A stretch of DNA of 64,000 nt. Origin: Eledone cirrhosa. Lineage: Eukaryota. The notes beneath the pieces were generated by a model. The model had not been told where the DNA came from. It saw only the letters and a program-made list of their open reading frames with translations, and did no database searches. The position numbers and the translations under genes are program-made. Numbering within the stretch: the first letter of the stretch is position 1; each line of letters begins with the position of its first letter. Location: positions 6,262,001 to 6,326,000 of the forward strand of contig OZ024744.1 of assembly GCA_964016885.1 (NCBI GenBank), given 5' to 3'. Positions 11,626-21,601 of the stretch are shown here, piece after piece.

Positions 11626-11814
11626 TGTGTTTTTGTCTATATTGTATCTGTATTATTTTTGACCGTCGGTCAGTCAATGGCAACATTGAGGACCGAATAA
11701 ATTAGATTGCCGATATAAAAGACACAGAAGCGAAAAGCGAAAACCAACCAAACAGTGAGTGTGTTCTGTTATTAATTCTGGCAATATTACACAAATATGA
11801 CCCTCCCCAAGTAT

Positions 11815-11818
<4 letters not shown>
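11626..11818 (+). mobile_element. ~190-bp non-coding element flanked by (TA)n, sharing its 3' end with the PLE
   Basis: Near-identical inverted copy at 20913-21097; ends atgaccctccccaagtataaca. Confidence 0.85.
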
Positions 11819-11874
<56 letters not shown>

Positions 11875-11965
11875 GTGTGTATTGACATGTACACTTGTGT
11901 GTATAGATATATAAATTGAGTATATAGATAAATACGCATGTATATAAATGTATACACATGTGTAT

Positions 11966-13027
11966 ACCAGATAGAAAAATGCGTACAGCAAAAAAAAGTA
12001 ATATTGTTGGAATATAAACCTTTAAAAATACAGGACAAGAAACTAAAATAAAACTTTAAAAGAATAGGACAAGAAACTAAGATAAAACTTTAAAGAATTG
12101 GACAAGAAATAAAAAATTTTACAATAATATTAGTGGCAAAATTTTTATTGGTAAAAAATCGAGTTCCACATTCATAGGCTCTGGGTTCCACATTCAGAGG
12201 TCGTCGTCAGACCGGGGGGATTATTTTGATCCTGGTTTGAACACCAATTGGGCCATAACCATACCCCTATTTCATCATTCGGCGACACGCCTCATGTGTC
12301 ATGCATAATGTGAATGGACCCTTGGGCCCATGAGCACAGATCTTGAGCAGCAGCGGACGGTCTTGTCGTCCCGCTCATCCTTGATCTTGACCAACTCGTC
12401 CATCTTCTCCTTGCATCTTGTCCTTGAGTTCAAGTCCGGCAGTCCAGATGAATGCGTGCCACAGCTTTCTGGTACAGGAAGGGGGAGAAGGAGGACTGGA
12501 GGGATGACGGGACAGAGGGAGGGAGGACTGGTGGTTGAGGGAGGTGCCGTAGTCGGTGGTCAGAGTCGACATCTTGTCCCGGTCGTCTTCTCCATCTTCG
12601 TCTGGTGTTGCGGGACCAGAAGTGCATTCTTGGAGGAAACCTGCAGCTGCATTGGCCAATTCTTCTTGCAATGGTCATTCCGACGGAGTATAACTGCTCA
12701 GCCAACCAACCCCAACCAGAACCAACCGCTCAGGGGCAACGCACAATGAGAGCATGACAATTATTATGCACTAATCAAGAAGATACTGGGGCATAGCACA
12801 GGAAACGAATAAAAAAATGTTGCCACTAATATTATTGTAAAACTTTTTATTTCTTGTCCAATTCTTTAAAGTTTTATCTTAGTTTCTTGTCCTATTCTTT
12901 TAAAGTTTTATCTTAGTTTCTTGTCCTATTCTTTTAAAGTTTTATTTTAGTTTCTTGTCCTGTATTTTTAAAGGTTTATATTCCAACAATATTACTTTTT
13001 TTTGCTGTACGCATTTTTCTATCTGGT
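11966..13027. mobile_element. Non-autonomous DNA transposon with long, internally repetitive TIRs and a GC-rich interior
   Basis: 11966-~12146 is the reverse complement of ~12812-13027. The TIRs contain ~34-bp subrepeats (ggacaagaaactaagataaaactttaaaagaata), 3 on the left and 4 on the right. Confidence 0.9.
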
Positions 13028-13299
13028 CTACTATTTTTTAAGGCAATGTAAGCAACAACTATCTAATAATTAAATGATCATAGTGAATTACTGACAAGTG
13101 ATTGACATCTTAAAGTTCTTTTGAGTATAATTGCAATCTAGTTGAGGCAACTGGCTTAATGACAAAGCTAGTAAATCATGAATGCATTTGAGATGATTAG
13201 TGCATAATAGTGAATTGGTGAAACTTGTGCATTTCAATGGTGTTACAACAATAGATGTAAGTTATATAGTAGTAATACTTTATCATTTTAACATTTTAG

Positions 13300-13660
13300 A
13301 ATGGACAAAAACCCATGCAAAGAAATGACTTTGACTGCAGTGATTCTCTCCAATTTACTTACAAAGCAAAACGTGGTCAAATACCTTATCATCTCTGATA
13401 AAATGCCCATTGAATCACTGAAAATCGGATGCATGGAATTCCTAATAAAATGCACCTATGAATCGGAAGCCATCACATATATCAATGGATATAGGGAGTT
13501 GTTCACACTGGAAGACCATCACTTCATTTGTGACTTCATCAGTTATCTCCACGATTATCTCAGACACCCAATGCCATTGATGAGAGGTGATCCAATGTGT
13601 GAGCATGTAACTAATCTTATAGAAGTTGTTATCGACCACCTGGCTTTTAGTGACATTTGA
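13300..13660 (+). pseudogene. Orphan exon/ORF resembling a BACK domain (C-terminal to BTB, SPOP/Kelch-like)
   Basis: ILSNLLTKQNVVKYLIISDKMPIESLKIGCMEFL fits the BACK pattern L..NL...N....L..AD......LK..C..FI. It is preceded by an acceptor-like ttttaacattttAG (13298-99). Confidence 0.5.
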
Positions 13661-16083
13661 CTGATTTGACTGATAATGATGTATTTTTAAAAGGTATATG
13701 TACATTCTTGTTACTATTTTAAGGAAATGCAAGCAACAACTATTTAATAAAATTTAAATTTAAAAATGACCATTGTGCATTACTAGTATGATGACATTTT
13801 ATTAAGTCACAAAATTAGTCAGTTAGCCATAGAACAAGGATCAGGTGGCAAAAACATTGGCAAAAATCTGTGTCAGTTTAAGATTTCCAACATTGTTCAA
13901 ATGAATCATATCTGGTTTGAAGTCAGATTTGTCAAATTTTGACCAATTTTCAATGTTGTGAAGATTGGGCAAGTTCAATTTTTGAATCATTTCTTTCATG
14001 CAGTAATTAAACTTTTCCAAACGTCGTCATTTCTGGATTACCTCCCCTAGCGTCACGCTTACTACTCACTCACTTGAACACAAGATTTATCAGCAAACTT
14101 TGATTATAAACTTTTTCCCGTTGGACCAAATTTCTAGATTTTTAAGCCAAAAGATGCGTAATGATCTACTGTTCATGCTCATATAAGTTTTATCTCAGTT
14201 AAATAAAGTAGAGCCGCGCTGTACTGTCGTAAATAGACGATTGCCAACGAAAACACGACCACAACAATATTACTAAACGGACTACCGCCCGTTTAGGATA
14301 AATATAAACTGCGTACATAGATAAGTAATCATATAGAATTTAAGCATTTCCTTGTAGAGTGACAAAAATGAACATCTTTAATCGATTTTCGAATATTATT
14401 GGACTGTTCTGAAGGTATTTTAATCGTCAATACAATGCAGGCCTTCTCAGTGTTGTTGGAGGAAACCGCTCCCTGTTTGACTCGCACTACTTTCTATTTG
14501 CGTTTGGTCATTTCTGCAGGGATGTAACCGAACTCACTGTGCTTGACTACTTGTGGGTTGGTCAGGCTATTTAACCCATAGTTGGGGTGGATTGCCGTTG
14601 ACTCTGAGTAGTTCATCCACCCTTTTAAGAGTTCTTCTTTTTTGTGCTGCTGGTGTTTCACTAACCCTCCTTGCCTGACCAAGGTCTGGTGGGGAGACTG
14701 GTGTGTTTCCGAACACTCCACCATGAAGCAGATTATACAGGTTACATGGTACCAAAGAAATACGAAACAGACAACATTCAACTTTTGTTAGCAAAATAGG
14801 AAAATAAGAAGGTGCCACACACCCACAGGTAACAGTAGAAAATATTGGAGTGAGGGTTAGCTGAGAAAACAAACAACATAAATACAGAGAAACTATTTAA
14901 GTCAACTGCAACTTCTACAACTAGAACAAAGAAGTCACAGATTTGATACATTTAGGTTGTGTAATGGAAGATAGGGTGAGGTTAACGTGGATATCACACA
15001 AACTGCACAACTGCAAAAGAGGATTGCTGTCTGGATAACAATAACTGCTACAAAAATACGACTATACAAACATCATCGTATTTATCGATGACATTATACC
15101 AAATCGATCTTCACAAAGTTAAGTGATGTGATTGATTGAATAGCAATATGAAGGACGAACGTCCAACCATTACGGTATATTGGGGCAAGGCACCGGTTCT
15201 GATGGACTAGTCACATCATATGGTTCCTCAGAAGCAGGTATGTAAAGGTGACAATTTGTAGAACTTCACTATATACAGGTCAAGAAAATCTGGCATAGAA
15301 CATTTCAAGAAGACCCACAGGAAGTTAACAACAACGGACGGAGATCCAATTGGCAGGGTATATTCAATTTGTAGGACTTCACTAAAGGTTAAACAGTGGA
15401 GATAAAGATACGAGAAAACCTGTACGAAATAAACAATACCGACTAATTGATCGTAATGGGGGAAGCATGTTGCTTAATGCGCCGTACATTTTCTTCCAAC
15501 GATTCTCTCTCACCGGGGCAATATATTCTCCATCCTTCAGACTGGGACCAAGGTGCTAAGTTAGTTGCAGGTGGAGAATACTCGTTCGAACGCCACACAT
15601 TTCCTCTTCTTTCCAGAAGTTATTTCTGTAAAGGAGTTTTTTTTTACATACACACTAAAACCTTAACTAAACTAAAGATATACATCTAATATTTGAAATC
15701 TATCTGAAAGCCAAATATTCTTCAAATAATGTAAACATGTACAGTAAGGTAAACGTATTTAGTCTTTATACTGAAAAGAAAAAAACCCTGCAAGAACGCC
15801 TGAACAGAAATATTTATAAATAAATTAACATAGAAAACAAAATTGAAATAAAGCAAAAACAAACCCACGAAACAAAAGACTAAAAACCTTTCTTCAATAA
15901 AATAAACAACTAGATATGAGTGGGAACGCAAATAATGTCAATTGAATGATATCAAATGTTAATATTGATTTAACCTTCTAGAAAACATTATTGTTTTTTT
16001 TACTTTTATTGTATTTATATTATTTATGTTTATATTTTCCCCCTTTTTTTAAATGACTAAAGAACCATATAACATTACGTATG

Positions 16084-16118
<35 letters not shown>

Positions 16119-16251
16119 GTCTCGTTCTGACGTCACTAGCCCTGTTCTCCATGTGTGTTTATTATATTAATTCTACACGAGGTGTAACTAGCCTGCTTTT
16201 AAATTCCCTTTCTGGCATATTTTAGCAATGGTTTTTGTTATCGTGTTTGAG

Positions 16252-16330
16252 CTCTACTGATGAACGAGTCCAACCGTGACTAACCTCACTGAAAAGTTTC
16301 GTGGAATAGTCTTTTAAAGACTATATAGAG
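16252..16330 (+). ncRNA. Type I hammerhead with enlarged stem II and palindromic stem III (GGAA variant)
   Basis: CTCTA-CTGATGA-ACGA...TCGT-GGAA-TAGTCTTT-t-AAAGACTA-TA-TAGAG, inside a (TA)n-flanked segment at ~16116-16587. Confidence 0.7.
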
Positions 16331-16603
16331 CATTTGTAGATTTTTCCAAATTGAAGGATAAGTATTTACTCTTAATTTTATTCTGAGTTAAGACTATTGG
16401 TTTTTTCCCTGGATTACACAAAACCTGTGGATAAAATTTCTGTCTTTACTTTTTTTGAATTGAGATTGAATTATTTTCCCATATCTTACGTTAATTATTT
16501 TCCATCTTGACGTAATAGTCACTTATATATTATGAATTACTCTTGGCTTCTTGCTCACATTAATTTCTCTATTTTCATTTATATGTTTATATATATATAT
16601 ATC

Positions 16604-17309
16604 TACAAATTTTAGTACAGCATTAACGAAGCTTTTGGCTGCGGCCAAGCTAATGAATGCAGATTCGGAATGCAGCTTAGCACTCGATGGCGAATAATAC
16701 CCCAGAGTTATAACAATACGTTTAGACAGCTTTGCAAATCAAATATAGCGACCGACAGTCTAGCCGCATTGCCATAGCAACGAAAAAAACTGAACTCAGG
16801 AAAAGATTTTGACTGACCTGGACCATCACGTGGACATCGAATGCAATACCCAACGCATCACGTATAGCATATAATATACATCACAAATAACATACAACAT
16901 TCACGCTAGCTTTCTGTAAATCCGAGATCGGCAAATTCCGCTTGCAGGGGTCTGCAAGTTAATGGCCTTTGACGACAGAACAAAGGATTTACTTCATCAA
17001 CAAGTCTTGCGTTCTATAGCCTCAACGGGTGTGTTTTTTAGCAATAATTTTCGCTATAGACACGTGTTTTTCCAAAGGGAGGTAACCCCCATTTTGGCAG
17101 TCAATTCTAAATGTGGGACAAAGGAATGAAATTCCCTTAGACAAACCGAATTAAGCACTCAACCAGAAATTATCAAACAAACATAAACAATTAATCAATC
17201 AATAGAATTGTCCAATTAAATTAATCAGTTAATCGTTAATTCTAGAAGTTAAAAATACAAATTTTAGTACAGCATTAACGAAGCTTTTGGCTGCGGCCAA
17301 GCTAACGAA

Positions 17310-17313
<4 letters not shown>
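16604..17313. mobile_element. 710-bp element with 58-bp terminal direct repeats, inserted in (TA)n
   Basis: 16604-16661 matches 17256-17313 with one mismatch; no ORF; (TA)n on both sides. Confidence 0.8.
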
Positions 17314-17387
<74 letters not shown>

Positions 17388-17392
<5 letters not shown>

Positions 17393-17570
17393 CAAAATGT
17401 TAATAAATGAAAAATACTCTCATAATAAAAATATATATATTATTAATTATACATATTTCAAAGGTTTAATGGTGTTTAAGTACGTTCTCATCAGACAAAA
17501 TATAAGATTTGATATGCGACATACCGCTACGGTTTTGATTATTCAATTCCAGTATTAACATTTTGAATAA
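17388..17570 (-). mobile_element. 183-bp module with 18-bp terminal inverted repeats and a degenerate HHR-like core
   Basis: ttattcaaaatgttaata (17388-405) pairs with tattaacattttgaataa (17553-70). The minus strand reads CTGATGA (17494-88)...GAAA (17459-56)-tatg-TA. Confidence 0.55.
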
Positions 17571-17869
17571 TATATATATATATGTAGAGGTTATATTTAA
17601 TTTGTTGGGATACAACAAGCAAAATATTTTTATAACTGATATAAAGCACTCAACAAATTAATTGGAGTAAATATACAATATATTAACAAATGGAAACTAT
17701 ATTTATAAAACCATATTTATTTCATTATACATATTTCAAGGGCCACCAAGGCAGATTATGGTGCGCTTTAATCAGATAAAATATAATATAGATTAGTTTT
17801 ATAAATAAATATTGACATACCCTGAAAAATGCAACCTTCACGGTTGGAGTCTCCCTATAGTAAACACTA

Positions 17870-18787
17870 TAGTAAACTCTGTGCAGCAACGTATTTCTAG
17901 AATTTCATCTAATAAGAATATTTTTGAAGATAAAGCGTAATATTATAACGAAGCGTTATGTAGGGCAGGATATAGTAATAAAATTAAATACATTGATAAT
18001 AATGATATGACAACTAACCATAATTTTAACAACTATAATATGAAACCTTACAATAATTCGAAAAACAAACAAAAATAGAACTAGGAATATATTATGGTTC
18101 GCTCCTCCTTTCTCATTAAGTATTAAAACTCCTATTGCTATATTATTCTTTAAAGCTCTAGATAAATGCTTTCCTAGAACACATAAGTATTACTCAATAT
18201 TTAATAGACATACTATAAAATTATCGCATTCCACCACCAGTAATTTAGCGCAGAATATTAATAGTATGAATAATAGAAACTTAAAACCTAACCAGAATAC
18301 CATTAATAACCCCAGCAATATCCAATTTAATAATACGGCTCCTAGGAACTTAAATTTTGATAAATGTAACTGTAGAAATAAATCTAACTGTCCGCTAAAT
18401 AACAATTGTTTAGTTAAAAATATAGTATATAATTGTAACGTAAAAACTAATTTAAATTCATTTAATTATGTAGGCTCTACCTTCACAGATTTTAAGTCCC
18501 GTTTTAATAACCATAAATGCTCTTTTACGAATATAAATAAAAAATCTTCAACTTCTCTATCTAATTTACTATGGGACCTTAAATCAAAGAACACTAACTA
18601 TTCTTTACTTTGGAATATTATCTCCAAAGCTCCTCCATCCAATGCTTCATCTGAAAATTGTGTTCTTTGTATAGAAGAAATATTCTTTATATTAAAAAGT
18701 AAAAATTCTGTTAATTTAAGGAATAATCTTTTCAGTTCTTGTAAACATCGGTTGAATTCAACGTTTAAATATATATATAAAATGTAA
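17870..18787 (+). pseudogene. Second PLE lineage: RT C-terminus + GIY-YIG fragment (possibly Nematis-like)
   Basis: RISRISSN..YNEALCRAGY, RNILWFAPPFS, IFNRHTIKLS, CNCRNKSNCPLNNNCL, IVYNC..YVGST..FKSRFNNH, CVLCIEE..NLRNNLFSSCKH; upstream stops and a frameshift. The clade label is inference. Confidence 0.85.
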
Positions 18788-18956
18788 TCTATAACACATC
18801 TTTATTACACCTATCGATAAATCATTAGATTCCTTCATGTAACTGCTTATAACTCTCTTAAAGAAAAACATTTTCTTGGAAATTTTTCTTGATAAACGTA
18901 CTGAAAGATTTAAAGAAAATTCTTTGAAAATTCCTCTGATGGGTATAAGAAAATTA

Positions 18957-19069
18957 TAATTCATATTTTATACTGTGTATTTTATATTTCTATATTCTTA
19001 TATTTTTTAAATTCATTATAATTCATATTTTATATTGTGTATTTTATATTTCTATATTCTTATATTTTT
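18957..19069. repeat. Two-copy ~60-bp AT-rich tandem duplication
   Basis: taattcatattttata(c/t)tgtgtattttatatttctatattcttatattttt occurs twice. Confidence 0.9.
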
Positions 19070-19400
19070 CAAATGCTTAATATATATATATATATATCAA
19101 AATATGTATATATATATATATATGAGATAAACATAGTGATTTTGATGTAGATGGTATAACCTAAAATTTATACTTTAAGTATATTCTATAAACATACTCT
19201 TATGAAAGAGTTTTTTTATGGTTTATGTTTTGGATATATTCCTATGAAAATTTTAAATATATAATTTCTATATGTTATGACGTTATAGCATGCAAATTTA
19301 TGTTTTAACAGTTATAACTGTATGACAGCTAAAATTATGAATTTATAAATTTATAACTTACTATAAAATAACATAAGAGTCATACTCTAATTACATTATT

Positions 19401-19547
19401 AAGAGGATTGGCAGTATCGGTAGAGGGTCAGACACCATGCTTTCCAGCATAGTTACGTCCCTTTACGATCTGAGTTCAAATCCCGCCGAGGTTGACTTTG
19501 CCTTTCATCTTTACAGGGTTGATAAAATAAAGTACCAGTAATGCACT
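19401..19547 (+). mobile_element. Deu/Nin-domain tRNA-derived SINE
   Basis: A-box-like tggcagtatcggtag, B-box gagttcaaatcc, and core gcctttcatc..gggttgataaaataaagtaccag. Confidence 0.85.
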
Positions 19548-19821
19548 AAAGTAGAAACAATTATTAAGATGGAAAATTTAAATTTTTAACTTCTTAACCT
19601 TATAGCATTTAATCCTTAGAGTTACCTGAATTAATAAAAATCACTTTTTTCCTTTACGCTGTACTGCTATTATAATACAAATAAGGGATTATTCTTCTGT
19701 AAACTCTCTGAATTTCCATGGGCTTAGAATTGTTCGGATACTTTAAACCTACATTTTTTAAATAATTTTTTAAATATTTTTTTAATAATTAATGATAATA
19801 ATATATATCTTATAATAATAA

Positions 19822-19928
19822 TTGTTTCTACTTTAGGCACAAGGCCAGCAATTATCCAGTGTATTACTGGTACTTTATTTTATCGACCCCGTAAGGATGA
19901 AAGGCAAAGTCAACCTCGGCGGGTTTTG
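19822..19928 (-). mobile_element. 5'-truncated SINE copy in the opposite orientation
   Basis: 19858-19923 is the reverse complement of 19482-19547 with few mismatches. Confidence 0.85.
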
Positions 19929-20405
19929 TAATAATAGTATATTTTTTAATAGTATATATAAATATATATAAAAGTTTCTTTTAACATACACATATAAAAA
20001 AAAACAATTGAATGAATTAATTTATTAAACCCTAGATAACATTCTTCAACCTATCATTATAATGAATCCGGCTATTATTCATCTACGAAATATTCATTTC
20101 TTCGTTTCTTCTCTCATAACGTAAACAATAATTACGCTATTACTGTCCTTATAACTAATATTATCTCTCACTTAAATATACTCACGTTGTTTCTCTTTCT
20201 CTTTCTATTTCTATTTCTTTTTCTCTTTCATTTTCTCTTTCTTTTTTCCCTCTTCCAACGGCGTAATTTAAATATACTGTTATTTAAACCTTTCCGACAC
20301 TAATTTGCATAATAAACCAACAATAAATCTAATATCTCCACTAACCAGGAGACTCCAACCGTGAAGGTAGCATTTTTTAGGGTATGTCAATTTTTATTTA
20401 TAAAA

Positions 20406-20445
<40 letters not shown>

Positions 20446-20446
20446 T

Positions 20447-20653
20447 ATAGGAACCAGTAAGACCCCGACAGCTGAGCTCAAGCCGTTTCGACGGCTAATT
20501 CTGGACAATAACAACAGTCCAGAATTAGCCGTCGATACGGCTTGAGCTCAGCTGTCGGGGTCTTACTGGTTCCTATTACCCACTCTACTACCTCAAGTAT
20601 TGAGTACTTTGGTGCGTTATGGTCCACCTGGTTCCTTACCACATTTCCTTCGT
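20447..20653 (+). mobile_element. Hairpin module A: inverted PLE-like terminus with HHR 3' half and tail
   Basis: Arms 20447-20506 and 20517-20576 (60 bp, 1 mismatch), loop AATAACAACA. Each arm reads GA(A/T)AC-ggct-TGAGCTCA-gct-GTC-ggggtc. Flanked by (TA)n. Confidence 0.85.
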
Positions 20654-20670
20654 TATATATATATATATAT

Positions 20671-20888
20671 AGTTTTAATATAGATGAGATTCTACAGGAC
20701 TAGAACTGTTTCATTCCTTAGAAATCATCAGGAATCTCAGATGATTTTTAAAGATTCCTGATGATTTCTAAAGAATGAAACAGTTCTAGTCCTGTAGAAT
20801 CTCATCTATATTAAAACTTTTATGCTCTGCAATGTATTGAGTACGTTACTTACTGTGGTTACGTCCGACTCAACCCGAAATAACGTAC
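20671..20888 (+). mobile_element. Hairpin module B: two complete hammerheads head-to-head plus tail
   Basis: Arms 20671-20737 and 20752-20818 (67 bp, 1 mismatch); flanked by (TA)n. Confidence 0.87.
20752..20802 (+). ncRNA. Type I hammerhead ribozyme (mirror copy on the minus strand at 20687-20737)
   Basis: AGATTC-CTGATGA-tTTC-taaa-GAAt-GAAA-CAG-ttctagtc-CTGT-A-GAATCT; GUA cleavage triplet at 20794-96. Confidence 0.8.
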
Positions 20889-20912
20889 ATATATATATAT
20901 ATATATATATAT

Positions 20913-21097
20913 TGTTATACATGGGGAGGGTCATATTTGTGTAATATTGCCAGAATTAATAACAGAACACACTCACTGTTTGGTTGGTTTTCGCTTCTGT
21001 GTCTTTTATATCGGTAATCTAATTTAATCGGTCCTCAATGTTGCCATTGACTGACCAGCAGTCAAAAATAATACAGATACAATATAGGCACAAACAT
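20913..21097 (-). mobile_element. Second copy of the ~190-bp PLE-tailed element
   Basis: Reverse complement of 11626-11818, lacking one gcgaaaa repeat; flanked by (TA)n. Confidence 0.87.
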
Positions 21098-21103
21098 ATG
21101 TAC

Positions 21104-21193
<90 letters not shown>

Positions 21194-21340
21194 GTAAGGG
21201 TTTTTTTTTTTTTTTTTTTCTTTACAAAATGAAAAATAACCGAGGTGTCCTACACGAGTGGAAGTATAAAGAAAAAGAGATGAAATCGAAAATGCAACTG
21301 AAGTCGTATTTTTTTAAAAAATATATATATTTATTTGGTT

Positions 21341-21378
21341 CCTTTACCGGTTTCGCAGTTCGTCTGCTTTTCAAAAGG
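21341..21378 (-). ncRNA. Minimal hammerhead, U3:A8 core variant with palindromic loop 3
   Basis: The minus strand reads CCTT-TTGAAAA-GCAG-acgaa-CTGC-GAAA-CCGG-TA-AAGG. Confidence 0.8.
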
Positions 21379-21424
21379 TGAGTTGAGATGGAGGGTCTGT
21401 GGTTTTTCTCACAACATATATATG

Positions 21425-21601
21425 AAATGAAGGAAGTGTGGTAAGGAACCATGTAGACCATAAAGCACTCGATATTTTGGGTAGTAGAGTGGGTAATAGG
21501 AAAAGAGTCAGGACCCCGACGGCTGAGTTCAAGTTGTTTCGACGGAAATAACCGTCTAGACGGCTTGAGCTCTGGCGTTAGGGTCCTGAACCTTTTCCTA
21601 T
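21425..21601 (-). mobile_element. Hairpin module A', an older inverted relative of 20447-20653
   Basis: Tail 21425-21495 is homologous to 20577-20653. Arms 21496-21545 and 21552-21601 are diverged; loop AAATAA. Confidence 0.82.

Larger units (their letters stand above)
17792..20410. mobile_element. TIR element (~63-bp TIRs) enclosing a PLE fragment and two SINEs
   Basis: 17792-17854 (attagttttataaataaa..cttcacggttggagtctcc) is the near reverse complement of 20348-20410. Confidence 0.8.

Noticed and set aside
11660-11705. HDV-like ribozyme or SECIS in the 190-bp element
   Set aside because: ggcaacatt..gaggaccg resembles HDV only superficially. I could not build the nested pseudoknot or an AUGA/AA/GA SECIS core.
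14494-15689. Short ORFs 14494-14872 (-) and 15447-15689 (+) as exons
   Set aside because: No recognisable motif or consistent splice pattern; a 20-bp direct repeat (15251/15365) is the only structure seen.
19406-19490. tRNA gene
   Set aside because: A and B boxes are present, but there is no cloverleaf and it continues into the SINE core.
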